IMG/VR virus record: IMGVR_UViG_3300013383_000028
Span: 1-64,000 of that record
Strand: one strand, 5' to 3'
DNA: 64,000 nt
Source: a virus
Taxonomy: Duplodnaviria; Caudoviricetes
Shown: positions 56,244 through 64,000 of the stretch, piece after piece
Position numbering within the stretch: the stretch's first letter is position 1
Layout: every line of letters starts with the position of its first letter
The notes under the pieces: model-generated
Databases searched by the model: none
The model's input: the letters and a program-made list of their open reading frames with translations, nothing else
What the model was told of the DNA's origin: nothing
Program-made: the position numbers and the translations under genes

Positions 56244-58274
56244 ATGGAAGAAAAAGCACTAGACGGTGCGAAACTTGCGTATTTTCCAACGGCTGAATCA
56301 GGGAGGAATAACGCATACATCGCCTATCTCAACGGAACCGCATCAAAGTGGTGGACGCGAACGCCGACTGCATCTGGGACAGAAACCGTATGGCTTCAGA
56401 ATGAAACTGGTGACGGGGCATTTGCCTCGCCGACCACCGAAAATGGTATTCGGCCGGCTCTCGTCTTGGAATCGTCAACGCTTGTAATTGAGCAGGATGA
56501 CGGCAGCTATTCGATTGCCGGATCTTATACCATCACGTATGTGCCGGGCGCAAACGGGACCGGAAGCGTACAGACTGATTCGAAGGTTGAGGGATCATCC
56601 ATCACACTGAAGAGCGCGATATTCACGCGCAGCGGATATGAGCAAACAGGTTGGGCTACATCTGACGGCGGAAGCAAATCATATGATCTTGGCGCGCAGT
56701 ATACAGCAAATGCAGATGTCACGCTTTACCCGTTCTGGACAGCTACTGTTTCGTACTATACTGTTACCTATAGGCCGGGAGCCAATGGAACCGGAGCCGT
56801 GCAAACAGACCAAAAGACGTCCGGTGTACCGCTCGCACTGAAAGGCGCGATCTTTACACGAAATGGGTACACGCAGGCCGGATGGTCGACTACTGACGGC
56901 GGAGCCATCGAGTATCCGCTGAACGGGCAGTATACCGAAAATGCTGATATAACTCTGTACCCATACTGGAAGAGCAATGCACCTGACTTGGAGCCGCCTC
57001 CGGAACAGGCTGCCGCTGTGGAGCATGCGAAGAGGACGGCAGATTATCTAAAACAGCTTCGAACGCCGTTTGTAAAGCTGTGCCGTTTGCGGTTCCTGCA
57101 GCCGGACGGCAGCACGGCATTTGCAATCGACAACAACCCACTCAATCGACGCAGCGGAACCTTTATCCAAGAGGGAAGCATCTCTGGAAATCTGCAAAAC
57201 GGCCAGCGCAGAACGGCAAGCATCACTCTCTCGAATGTTGATGCAGAGTACGATTATAACGTGAACAACGTCTGGTTTGGGCAGCAGATTGCACTTGATG
57301 AAGGCCTGATTCTTTCGGATGGATCGGAATACTATATCCCACAGGGCATTTTCTACATTCAAGATCCGCAGGAAACGCTCAATCCGAATCTCCGAACAAT
57401 GACATACCCTCTTGTTGACAAATGGGCATACCTCGATGGTACGCTTTTCGGCCGACTTGAAGCCACATACGAAGTTCCGGTCGGGACGAATATTTTTGAG
57501 CCGATAGCATCGCTGCTGTCTCTCGACAAGGGCAATGGGTATAAGGTCGATAGTGTCCCTCCTATTTTTACGGAGTATTATAACGAGAAAACACAGGTGC
57601 TTCCGAGTGGGGAAACAGTGTCTCTGGCGGTTTCTCCGTATACCATGCGCGTCGATAGCGATGACGGAACGTATGCAGACGTCGTACTTGGCATGTCGGA
57701 AATGGTGAACGCGTGGGTTGGCTACGATAACACAGGCACACTGCGCGTAGAACCTTCCCAAGACGATATCGTTGACACGAACAAACCTGTTTTGTGGAGA
57801 TTTTCTTTGGCCGAAGCACAGCTCATAGGCGCAACTTACACAGTCAAAAACACAGAGGTCTTCAATGACTACATCGTTTTGGGCGAACAGACCGATGACA
57901 GTCCGCAGGCATCCGGACGCGCACAGAATTTAGACCCAAGCAGCGACACGAACGTGAATATCATCGGCCGGAAAACCTATCGCGAGACGGCTTCTGGATA
58001 CTACACGGAAACACAGTGCCGCGACTTGGCAGAGTGGAAACTAAAACGTGCGACAGTTCTACAGAAGGCAGTATCAATTTCTTGCATACAGATGATGCAT
58101 ATATTTGAGAACAGCCTTGTGGAGATCGTCAGGACGGACAAACCCGGTTCTCCGGTAGAGCGGCATTTGATTCAAGGCTATACGCGCCCACTGACGAGCA
58201 ACGGAACCATGACAATCAACGCTGTATCGGTCGCAGATTTCCCAATCGCGACGATTACAAGCTGGCCGGAATGA
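56244..58274 (+). CDS. Tail hub (Tal/DUF5048-like) with N-terminal DUF6273 C-half and two B-repeats
   Basis: DGAKLAYF...WWTRTP...GIRPALVL; then QNGQRRTASITLSN, DKWAYLDGTLFG. Confidence 0.7.
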   Translation: MEEKALDGAKLAYFPTAESGRNNAYIAYLNGTASKWWTRTPTASGTETVWLQNETGDGAFASPTTENGIRPALVLESSTLVIEQDDGSYSIAGSYTITYVPGANGTGSVQTDSKVEGSSITLKSAIFTRSGYEQTGWATSDGGSKSYDLGAQYTANADVTLYPFWTATVSYYTVTYRPGANGTGAVQTDQKTSGVPLALKGAIFTRNGYTQAGWSTTDGGAIEYPLNGQYTENADITLYPYWKSNAPDLEPPPEQAAAVEHAKRTADYLKQLRTPFVKLCRLRFLQPDGSTAFAIDNNPLNRRSGTFIQEGSISGNLQNGQRRTASITLSNVDAEYDYNVNNVWFGQQIALDEGLILSDGSEYYIPQGIFYIQDPQETLNPNLRTMTYPLVDKWAYLDGTLFGRLEATYEVPVGTNIFEPIASLLSLDKGNGYKVDSVPPIFTEYYNEKTQVLPSGETVSLAVSPYTMRVDSDDGTYADVVLGMSEMVNAWVGYDNTGTLRVEPSQDDIVDTNKPVLWRFSLAEAQLIGATYTVKNTEVFNDYIVLGEQTDDSPQASGRAQNLDPSSDTNVNIIGRKTYRETASGYYTETQCRDLAEWKLKRATVLQKAVSISCIQMMHIFENSLVEIVRTDKPGSPVERHLIQGYTRPLTSNGTMTINAVSVADFPIATITSWPE

Positions 58275-58287
58275 GGAAGGGGGTGCA

Positions 58288-58467
58288 ATGATGGCTGAAA
58301 AGAAGGCTGCGCAATACATCCTCAAACTCAAAACGGGAGAAATCTTCGATGTGAAGAAGGAAACGAACCTGTACTGGATCTGCGAAGGTACGCAGTTCAA
58401 AAAGACAAGCAGGCAGATCGAACGTGTGACACGGCGAAAAGCCAGAAAGGGCGTAAACGATGAGTGA
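58288..58467 (+). CDS. 59-aa basic protein (not in the ORF track)
   Basis: GGGGGTG RBS; MMAEKKAAQYILKLKTGE... Confidence 0.55.
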   Translation: MMAEKKAAQYILKLKTGEIFDVKKETNLYWICEGTQFKKTSRQIERVTRRKARKGVNDE

Positions 58468-58609
58468 GATTGGTCCCGTCCTCAACAACCATGGAGCAAA
58501 ACCGTGCAGCTCATTCACCGACACAGCATACGGAATCAGCGCCTGTATTCATTTCTTCTGTGGTAAGTGGATTCCACCTCCCCATGCAGACTGCGCAACA
58601 ATTGAATAA
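58460..58609 (+). CDS. 49-aa Cys-containing peptide (not in the ORF track)
   Basis: Overlaps the previous stop; MSEIGPVLNNHGAKPCSSF... Confidence 0.4.
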   Translation: MSEIGPVLNNHGAKPCSSFTDTAYGISACIHFFCGKWIPPPHADCATIE

Positions 58610-58615
58610 TCCCCG

Positions 58616-58690
58616 CACCGAAGTGGCGATGTGGAAGAGCTAGTGGAGCTACAAGCGCGAAGTGAAGCCGCGTTTGCGGTTCCACTTTTG
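58616..58690 (+). ncRNA. Conserved dual-hairpin attenuator, copy 3
   Basis: CACCG-AAGTGG-CGATGTG, GAAGAGCT-AGTGG-AGCT, 17-bp terminator stem plus TTTT; 21 nt identical to copy 1. Confidence 0.7.
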
Positions 58691-58720
58691 CACAAAAGAA
58701 AATGATAGGAGAAAAACCAA

Positions 58721-59026
58721 ATGGAATACTTTGAGAACATCGTTACAATTTGCGGCGGAATCACGACGATCAGTGTCATGCTTTTGGCGGCCGTTAAACC
58801 GCTTCGGGAATGGGCATTTGGCACAAACGTAATCAGAGAAGGAATCAAGTGCCAACTTCGTTCCGATATGCTGCATACCTACTACAAGAACAAGGCTGAC
58901 CACACAATACGGCAGTACGAAGCTGAGAACTTCGAATATTCGTACAAGGCTTACAAAGCGCTCAAAGGCAATTCATTCATCGACAAAATCAAGAAGGAAG
59001 TAGACGAATGGGAAGTGGTGTCTTAA
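58721..59026 (+). CDS. Holin-associated single-TM protein
   Basis: N-terminal TM, then CQLRSDML..YY...LKGNSFI. Confidence 0.65.
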   Translation: MEYFENIVTICGGITTISVMLLAAVKPLREWAFGTNVIREGIKCQLRSDMLHTYYKNKADHTIRQYEAENFEYSYKAYKALKGNSFIDKIKKEVDEWEVVS

Positions 59027-59031
59027 AGCAT

Positions 59032-59298
59032 ATGGAATGGAGTAAACGAATCCTCATCTTCTCGTATTTTATGCTGGTAGTTTTCATCGTTATTTTCCTT
59101 GCATCTGACGATAAAGCCGCCGCTGCGACTGTGCTTTGCGGATGGATCGTAGAGTGTGGAGCAGCTACCGGATTCTATTTCTGGAAGGCAAAGAACGAAA
59201 ATAGAAGCAAGTATGCCCTCAAATTTGTGCGGGAATTGGCGGAAAAACATGGGCTGGACGCGACCGCACGAATCATTGAAGCAGTCTTGAAGGACTGA
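59032..59298 (+). CDS. Holin-like two-TM protein
   Basis: EWSKRILI, GFYFWKAKNEN. Confidence 0.65.
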   Translation: MEWSKRILIFSYFMLVVFIVIFLASDDKAAAATVLCGWIVECGAATGFYFWKAKNENRSKYALKFVRELAEKHGLDATARIIEAVLKD

Positions 59299-59314
59299 GA
59301 AAGGATTGGTTAAC

Positions 59315-59536
59315 ATGAAGAACAGCTGGTGGCAGGTCATCGTCGAGAACCTTTTTAAGGTCAAGTCGCTCGTAACGATCATACTCACAGGCGCATTTGT
59401 CGCAATGGCACTTCGCGACAAGGTAGAACCAAAGGACTTCTATTCCATCATCGTGATGGTGCTGACGTTCTACTTTGGCTATCAGAGTGCCAAGAGCGAA
59501 GACAAGAACAGCACACAGAACGACAGTCAGGAATAA
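59315..59536 (+). CDS. Holin
   Basis: Two TMs, VKSLVT...VLTFYFGYQ; precedes the endolysin. Confidence 0.7.
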   Translation: MKNSWWQVIVENLFKVKSLVTIILTGAFVAMALRDKVEPKDFYSIIVMVLTFYFGYQSAKSEDKNSTQNDSQE

Positions 59537-59567
59537 GGCTTCAGCCTCGCAAAAGGAGGAATATCAA

Positions 59568-61085
59568 ATGACAACCCAAGAAGCAAAGAAAAAACTGCTC
59601 GACATTGCGTTAGCTGAAGAAGGCTATCTGGAAAAGGCGACAAACTCAAACCTGGATAGCAAGACAAGTAACGCCGGCAGAAACAACTACACGAAGTATG
59701 CCCGCGACCATGCGCAGTGGGGGACATATCATGCCCCTAAACAGGGTCTTCCATGGTGTGATATGTTTGTAGACTGGTGCTTTATCAAGGCGTTTGGACT
59801 TGCACTCGGCATGAAGACAACATGTCAGCCAAAGGGCGGCTATGGGGCTGGTTGTACAGAATCGTATAACTACTATAAAGCCGCAGGGAAGGCCGTTCCT
59901 GTCGCAGAAGTGCAGGAAGGCGACCAGATCTTCTTTGGCAAGCCCGGAAGCATGACGCACACTGGCATCGTGTATAAGGTCGATAATGCGCGGATCTATA
60001 CCATTGAGGGGAACACCAGTTCCGGAAGCAACACTGTGATTGCGAATGGCGGCGGCGTTTTCAAAAAGTGGTACTACAGAAATTCTTCCTCCATCGGTGG
60101 AATTGGCCGTCCCAAGTGGGACGTGCTTGGCAGCGAAGATTCTAAGCCCACTACGTCAACTTCTTCAACCCCAACGACAGTGAAGTATTCTGAGTTCCAA
60201 GGTGGCATCTTCGCCGAGATCCCGTTTTCCCGTATTGACCGAATTGAGCATATCAAAATGGCAGACGCGAGAGGGGAAACAACCGGCAGTGTTGCAATTC
60301 GCGCTACATGGAATGACAGATTCCCCGATATCGTCATCAATGCAGAACTATTCAACTATGGCAAGTACACACCTGCATCCGGCGTGAAGCACAAGGGCAC
60401 AATGGAGTATCAGGGATGGCAGCCGTTCATCGGCTTCAAGGACTATAAGACACCCATCCAGGAGGCCCGTGGAGCCGTCACGTCGCCCGATGCGGTCGGC
60501 GGCTACCCCGCTATGATACAGAACGGCGTGAAGGAATTTACGGTCCCCAAGGGCCTTGAGGGCAATAAGTACCGGACGGCCATGGGCTTAAAGGGCAAGA
60601 CGCTTGGTATCATCGTCACGGAGAAACAGGTTCCGATGGATGTCGTAGCAAACAAGTTCGTCGCTGAGAAGTACGAATTTGCAATCAACCTTGACGGCGG
60701 AGCTTCCAGCAGCTACGTCACACCGACAGCCGCTTGGGCACGCCCCAATAAGCTTCGCGGATTCGTGGCGATCTGGCTAAAAAGCGGTACAGGTAACTAC
60801 CTCAGTAAGCGTCAGTATGGCAATCATGCCGTTCAGCCGAAGCCAGTGAAGTCGGAAAGCTGGATTGAAACGGATAAATCTGCAGCTAACGGCGTAAAGA
60901 TGAAGGTCACGGCCAGCGAACTGAACCTTCGCGCTGCCGCCTCCACCAGCAGCGAAGTCCGGTTTGTCCTGAAATACGGTGAAACGGTCACATGGTACGG
61001 ATATCAGACGAAGAGTTGGTACTATGTCAGAACCGTGTCCGGCAAGGAAGGCTATGTCTACAAAGCCTATGTGAAGAAGGTATAA
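59568..61085 (+). CDS. Endolysin: CHAP + phosphodiester-glycosidase-like + SH3b
   Basis: PWCDMFVDWC, HTGIV, IEGN (CHAP); INAELF, RTAMG, NLDGGASS (NAGPA-like); LNLRAAAS...WYYV (SH3). Confidence 0.85.
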   Translation: MTTQEAKKKLLDIALAEEGYLEKATNSNLDSKTSNAGRNNYTKYARDHAQWGTYHAPKQGLPWCDMFVDWCFIKAFGLALGMKTTCQPKGGYGAGCTESYNYYKAAGKAVPVAEVQEGDQIFFGKPGSMTHTGIVYKVDNARIYTIEGNTSSGSNTVIANGGGVFKKWYYRNSSSIGGIGRPKWDVLGSEDSKPTTSTSSTPTTVKYSEFQGGIFAEIPFSRIDRIEHIKMADARGETTGSVAIRATWNDRFPDIVINAELFNYGKYTPASGVKHKGTMEYQGWQPFIGFKDYKTPIQEARGAVTSPDAVGGYPAMIQNGVKEFTVPKGLEGNKYRTAMGLKGKTLGIIVTEKQVPMDVVANKFVAEKYEFAINLDGGASSSYVTPTAAWARPNKLRGFVAIWLKSGTGNYLSKRQYGNHAVQPKPVKSESWIETDKSAANGVKMKVTASELNLRAAASTSSEVRFVLKYGETVTWYGYQTKSWYYVRTVSGKEGYVYKAYVKKV

Positions 61086-61120
61086 AAAGGGCCGGGGGAT
61101 TCAAAATCCTCCGGCTTTTT
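61085..61120 (+). terminator. Terminator of the lysis operon
   Basis: GCCGGGGGATT-CAA-AATCCTCCGGC-TTTTT. Confidence 0.75.
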
Positions 61121-61127
61121 GCATATG

Positions 61128-61156
61128 TTGACACGGAATTGCAGGGGTGCTAGAAT
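61128..61156 (+). promoter_or_regulatory. Type I toxin promoter
   Basis: TTGACA-17bp-TAGAAT with extended -10. Confidence 0.75.
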
Positions 61157-61235
61157 AAAAACGCCCTCAAGTTGGGCGGGGCGCTGCCACGGAGGCGGCA
61201 GGCGGTCAGCACTTCCTGTAAGGGAGGTGATGCGG

Positions 61236-61322
61236 ATGGTTACATGGAATGAGGTTTTCACCTATTCACTCGTACTCATCGGCTTTGCTGGTCTGATAGT
61301 TCAGATTTGCAAAAAGAAATGA
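61236..61322 (+). CDS. Type I toxin (28-aa single-TM peptide)
   Basis: GGAGGTG RBS; MVTWNEVFTYSLVLIGFAGLIVQICKKK. Confidence 0.75.
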   Translation: MVTWNEVFTYSLVLIGFAGLIVQICKKK

Positions 61323-61433
61323 CCGCTCCCAAGTTAGCCGCTCGGACGGTCATTTCTTTTGACCATATTCTAGGCTGACTGCTTGCGGCAGCGCCCTTAT
61401 TTATTATATTACCATGACGTGTGGAAATGTCAA
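61313..61433 (-). ncRNA. Antisense antitoxin RNA with its promoter
   Basis: Minus-strand TTGACA-16bp-TAATAT (61433-61406); 13-bp inverted repeat 61313-61359 as terminator. Confidence 0.6.
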
Positions 61434-61541
61434 GCGAAATAGAACAGGGAAATGAGAAATGCAAAAATCCTGTTTACTTATCATGCCTGTGTGCTATACT
61501 GTTATTAGAATGAGATCTTCGGCGGGAGGTGTGATTTTTGT

Positions 61542-61973
61542 ATGGATAGTATTTTTGATGCAGCAAAGTACATATTGGAGCAGCGTGGAACACTATCAAC
61601 CATGAAACTGCAAAAACTCTGCTATTATGCGCAGGCGTGGTCACTCGTTTGGGATGATAAGCCTCTTTTTGAAGAGGATTTTGAAGCATGGGCGAACGGC
61701 CCTGTGTGCCCGCAGCTTTTTCATTTCAGCCAAGGGCAGTTCTCCGTTTTGCCAGAGCAGATGAAAGGAAATTCCGCAAGATTGACGGAGAATCAGAAGG
61801 ACACGGTGAACCGGGTGCTGGAGCATTACGGAGATAAAAATGCACAGTGGTTGAGCCAGCTAACCCATATGGAAGATCCGTGGAAACTGGCACGCGCGGA
61901 AACACCGGACAGATATCCGAGCAGCAACATTATTACAAAAGAGAGCATGGCAATGTATTATGGCGGCTTGTAA
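61542..61973 (+). CDS. Panacea (DUF4065/SocA-like) antitoxin
   Basis: KLQKLCYYAQAW, FEAWANGPV, LSQLTHMEDPW, ITKESM..YY. Confidence 0.9.
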   Translation: MDSIFDAAKYILEQRGTLSTMKLQKLCYYAQAWSLVWDDKPLFEEDFEAWANGPVCPQLFHFSQGQFSVLPEQMKGNSARLTENQKDTVNRVLEHYGDKNAQWLSQLTHMEDPWKLARAETPDRYPSSNIITKESMAMYYGGL

Positions 61974-62466
61974 CAAGCAGAAGTCCGTGAAGCAAGCGCA
62001 AAAGCCGCAGCAGAAGGTCATCCGCGAGGGCGGCGTTGCGGCAAGCGGCATACTGTTTGGCTCTGACCCGAACAGCATCATGCGAGAACATCCTGTATGG
62101 CGACTGGCGTCATGCGATGTTGATGAATCGGTTTCATGGTCTTTTTATCAACAACGTCTGTCCGATGATTTTTGGAATGTGATCTTTCCCCATCTCAGAG
62201 ATTTTGAAAAGCGGACATGGAGCGATATTTTTATAAATGCGAAGAAGCATAACCACGCCATAGACGTGCGAACGCTGAATAAATGTGCTAGAGATAGGCT
62301 GTCCAATCTGCGTGTAGAAGCGGAAGCAATCTATTCTCTGAAAATAAGCGGGAAGGTAAGAATCTATGGCTACCTGACCGGCTCTGTGTATAACATACTC
62401 TGGTACGACGATGACCACGGGGATAACGAAACCTGTGTGTGCCGCTCAACGAAAAAGCACACATGA
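61960..62466 (+). CDS. Putative RelE/ParE-like toxin
   Basis: IYSLKISGKVRIYG...YNILWYDDDH...KKHT; overlaps the antitoxin gene. Confidence 0.65.
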   Translation: MAACNKQKSVKQAQKPQQKVIREGGVAASGILFGSDPNSIMREHPVWRLASCDVDESVSWSFYQQRLSDDFWNVIFPHLRDFEKRTWSDIFINAKKHNHAIDVRTLNKCARDRLSNLRVEAEAIYSLKISGKVRIYGYLTGSVYNILWYDDDHGDNETCVCRSTKKHT

Positions 62467-62475
62467 CTTATAAAA

Positions 62476-62506
62476 GGACTGGCGCTTTTTGCGCCGGTCT
62501 ATTTCT
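62476..62506 (+). terminator. Terminator after the TA operon
   Basis: GACTGGCGC-TTTTT-GCGCCGGTC-TATTT. Confidence 0.6.
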
Positions 62507-62558
62507 ATGCGCAAATTCGAGTTTGTCCCGCTGATTTGAAAAATTTCCTGAAATGGGG

Positions 62559-62599
62559 TTGACAAGTGACTAGTAACACATTATAATGTGATTAGTCAC
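62559..62599 (+). promoter_or_regulatory. Consensus promoter flanked by two palindromic operators
   Basis: TTGACA-17bp-TATAAT; GTGACTAGTAAC (62566-62577) and GTGATTAGTCAC (62588-62599). Confidence 0.85.
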
Positions 62600-62617
62600 A
62601 CGAAGGAGGTGAACAGT

Positions 62618-62794
62618 GTGGCGGAAAAAGATAGATCTGAATATTTCCGTGCTCGTCGGCAATCAATGAAACAGTATGCTTTTCTAATTGACAAGGAACG
62701 TGCTGAGAAGTTTGAACAGAAACTTAAAGAACGCAACATTGGAAAGACAGAATGGTTCAGGCAAAAGATTGACGAGGAAATCGGAAATAAGTAA
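62618..62794 (+). CDS. Ribbon-helix-helix (Arc/CopG-like) regulator
   Basis: GGAGGTG RBS; QYAFLIDKERAEKFEQKLKERNIGKTEWFRQKIDEE. Confidence 0.65.
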   Translation: MAEKDRSEYFRARRQSMKQYAFLIDKERAEKFEQKLKERNIGKTEWFRQKIDEEIGNK

Positions 62795-62905
62795 AGAAAA
62801 GCCCCCTCTTTGTGCTTTAGTTTGAAGACCGAACACAAAGAAGGAGCCGACCAGAGGAAGCCCTCAAGGTAAATTGATTATACCCTGTTGTGTTTCTTCT
62901 GTCAA
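62795..62905 (-). ncRNA. About 75-nt antisense RNA with its promoter and terminator
   Basis: Minus-strand TTGACA-17bp-TATAAT (62905-62877); hairpin GCTCCTTCTTTGTG...CACAAAGAGGGGGC-TTTT. Confidence 0.7.
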
Positions 62906-62941
62906 ACTGATTTTGTGGGCAATGCCCAGAAAGGAAACACA

Positions 62942-63712
62942 ATGAAGGATTTAATCACCATCAACAATAACGGCCAACCCGTTGCAAGCAGCCGGGATAT
63001 CGCCGAACACTTCGAAAAAGAGCATCGGAATGTTCTTCGTGACATTGATGACCTCAGAAAAGATGTGCTCAATTTTGAGCAGATGTTTTTCTCGGTCGAA
63101 ATTCCAGATAGCTACGGCAGGCCACAGCGCGCGTACCTCATGAATCGAGACGGATTCTCGCTGCTGGTCATGGGCTTCACCGGGAAGTCCGCGCTCGAAT
63201 GGAAACTCAAGTATATCGACGCATTCAACCGCATGGAAGCACAAATTAAAAGTCCACAGCCTATGACCACTGCCCAGATGTTTGCCATGCAAGCACAAGT
63301 CAATCTGGAACAGGAACAGCGGTTGGCGGCTCTGGAAAGTCGTGCGGAACGCAATGAACAGACCATGCAGAAAACGCTGGACATTTTCTCTGCACCTGCG
63401 GTCAGCCCCGACGATTGGACGGCGGCGATGAACCATCAGATCAATACTCTGGTGGAACGCTATGAGGCGAATCACCAGAAATACCGCTCTGACCTCTACA
63501 AGGAGCTGGAATCTACTGCCGGTGTTGACCTCACGCTGCGGCAAACGCGGTTACGCAACCGCATGAAGAATGCTGGCGCGACAGTTTCGGAATGCAAGAA
63601 CGTATCGAAGCTGCAGGTCGTTGCTCGTGACCGCAAGCTGCGTCCGATTTTTGAGAGCATCGTCCGCCGCCGCGCCGCGCTGTTATTATCAGCCAGCGAA
63701 CAAACCATGTGA
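62942..63712 (+). CDS. rha: Second Rha-family protein / antirepressor
   Basis: VASSRDIAEHFEKEHRNVLRDI, YLMNRDGFSLLVMGFTGKSALEWKLKYIDAFNRME. Confidence 0.9.
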   Translation: MKDLITINNNGQPVASSRDIAEHFEKEHRNVLRDIDDLRKDVLNFEQMFFSVEIPDSYGRPQRAYLMNRDGFSLLVMGFTGKSALEWKLKYIDAFNRMEAQIKSPQPMTTAQMFAMQAQVNLEQEQRLAALESRAERNEQTMQKTLDIFSAPAVSPDDWTAAMNHQINTLVERYEANHQKYRSDLYKELESTAGVDLTLRQTRLRNRMKNAGATVSECKNVSKLQVVARDRKLRPIFESIVRRRAALLLSASEQTM

Positions 63713-63726
63713 GGGAGGAATGAGCC

Positions 63727-63933
63727 ATGACAATCAGAGAGATCTATGAGCGCACACAGAATGTTGACGGCTGGATGATTGGCATCGACGGGTACGCATC
63801 GAAAGTTGACCTCGGCAATCCGGCCATTCTCGCCGGAATTGGAAAATTCCATGTGAAGACGATCTATCCGGACGTCCACGACGGAAAGGTCGTTGTCGAA
63901 CTGGACGTTGCTACGACTATCAATTCAGATTGA
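63727..63933 (+). CDS. Hypothetical protein
   Basis: GGAGG RBS. Confidence 0.6.
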   Translation: MTIREIYERTQNVDGWMIGIDGYASKVDLGNPAILAGIGKFHVKTIYPDVHDGKVVVELDVATTINSD

Positions 63934-63946
63934 GTTCTGCAGACTT

Positions 63947-63980
63947 CCGGGAGGTTAATTCCTCCCGGTTTTTTCTTTTC
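63947..63980 (+). terminator. Intrinsic terminator
   Basis: CCGGGAGG-TTAATT-CCTCCCGG-TTTTTT. Confidence 0.85.
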
Positions 63981-64000
63981 TATCTCAGAGATTGCTCAAA

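Noticed and set aside
1-64000. CRISPR array, IS elements, rRNA
   Set aside because: No repeat-spacer array, transposase or rRNA-like sequence was seen.

Overview
The window is almost entirely one temperate, tailed (sipho-like) phage of a Bacillota/Clostridia-type host; the host is inferred from sigma-A promoters, GGAGG RBSs, a GAAC-N4-GTTY LexA box and the gene content. It appears to be in the excised (attP) configuration. Layout: the end of a replication operon (initiator, helicase loader, dUTPase; 1-3224); attP carrying a tRNA 3' end with arm repeats on both sides (3257-3520); integrase and lysogeny switch (3.5-6.4 kb); a long early/middle operon (Cro, Rha, YqaJ/RecT/SSB, ThyX-like, ASCH, Lar-like array, Tad1; 6.4-20.7 kb); a late operon with SPbeta-like gene order (terminase, portal, protease, capsid, fibre block, tail tube, tape measure, tail tip and adhesins, holins, endolysin; 20.7-61.1 kb); two toxin-antitoxin morons; and a second immunity-like module (RHH regulator, antisense RNA, Rha). 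The best candidate for an undescribed system is late-gene attenuation: a consensus late promoter followed at once by a strong terminator, three copies of a conserved dual-hairpin/terminator element in front of head, tail and lysis genes, and an arginine-rich-motif protein encoded just upstream of the late promoter. Other highlights are an in-frame TAA in the terminase large subunit gene, a LexA-box-controlled mini-protein resembling the repressor C-terminus, a P22 immI-like antisense module, a DUF6273 domain split across two tail genes, and an anticodon-less tRNA-like element after the capsid gene. All family assignments come from recognising motifs by eye; no database searches were run.
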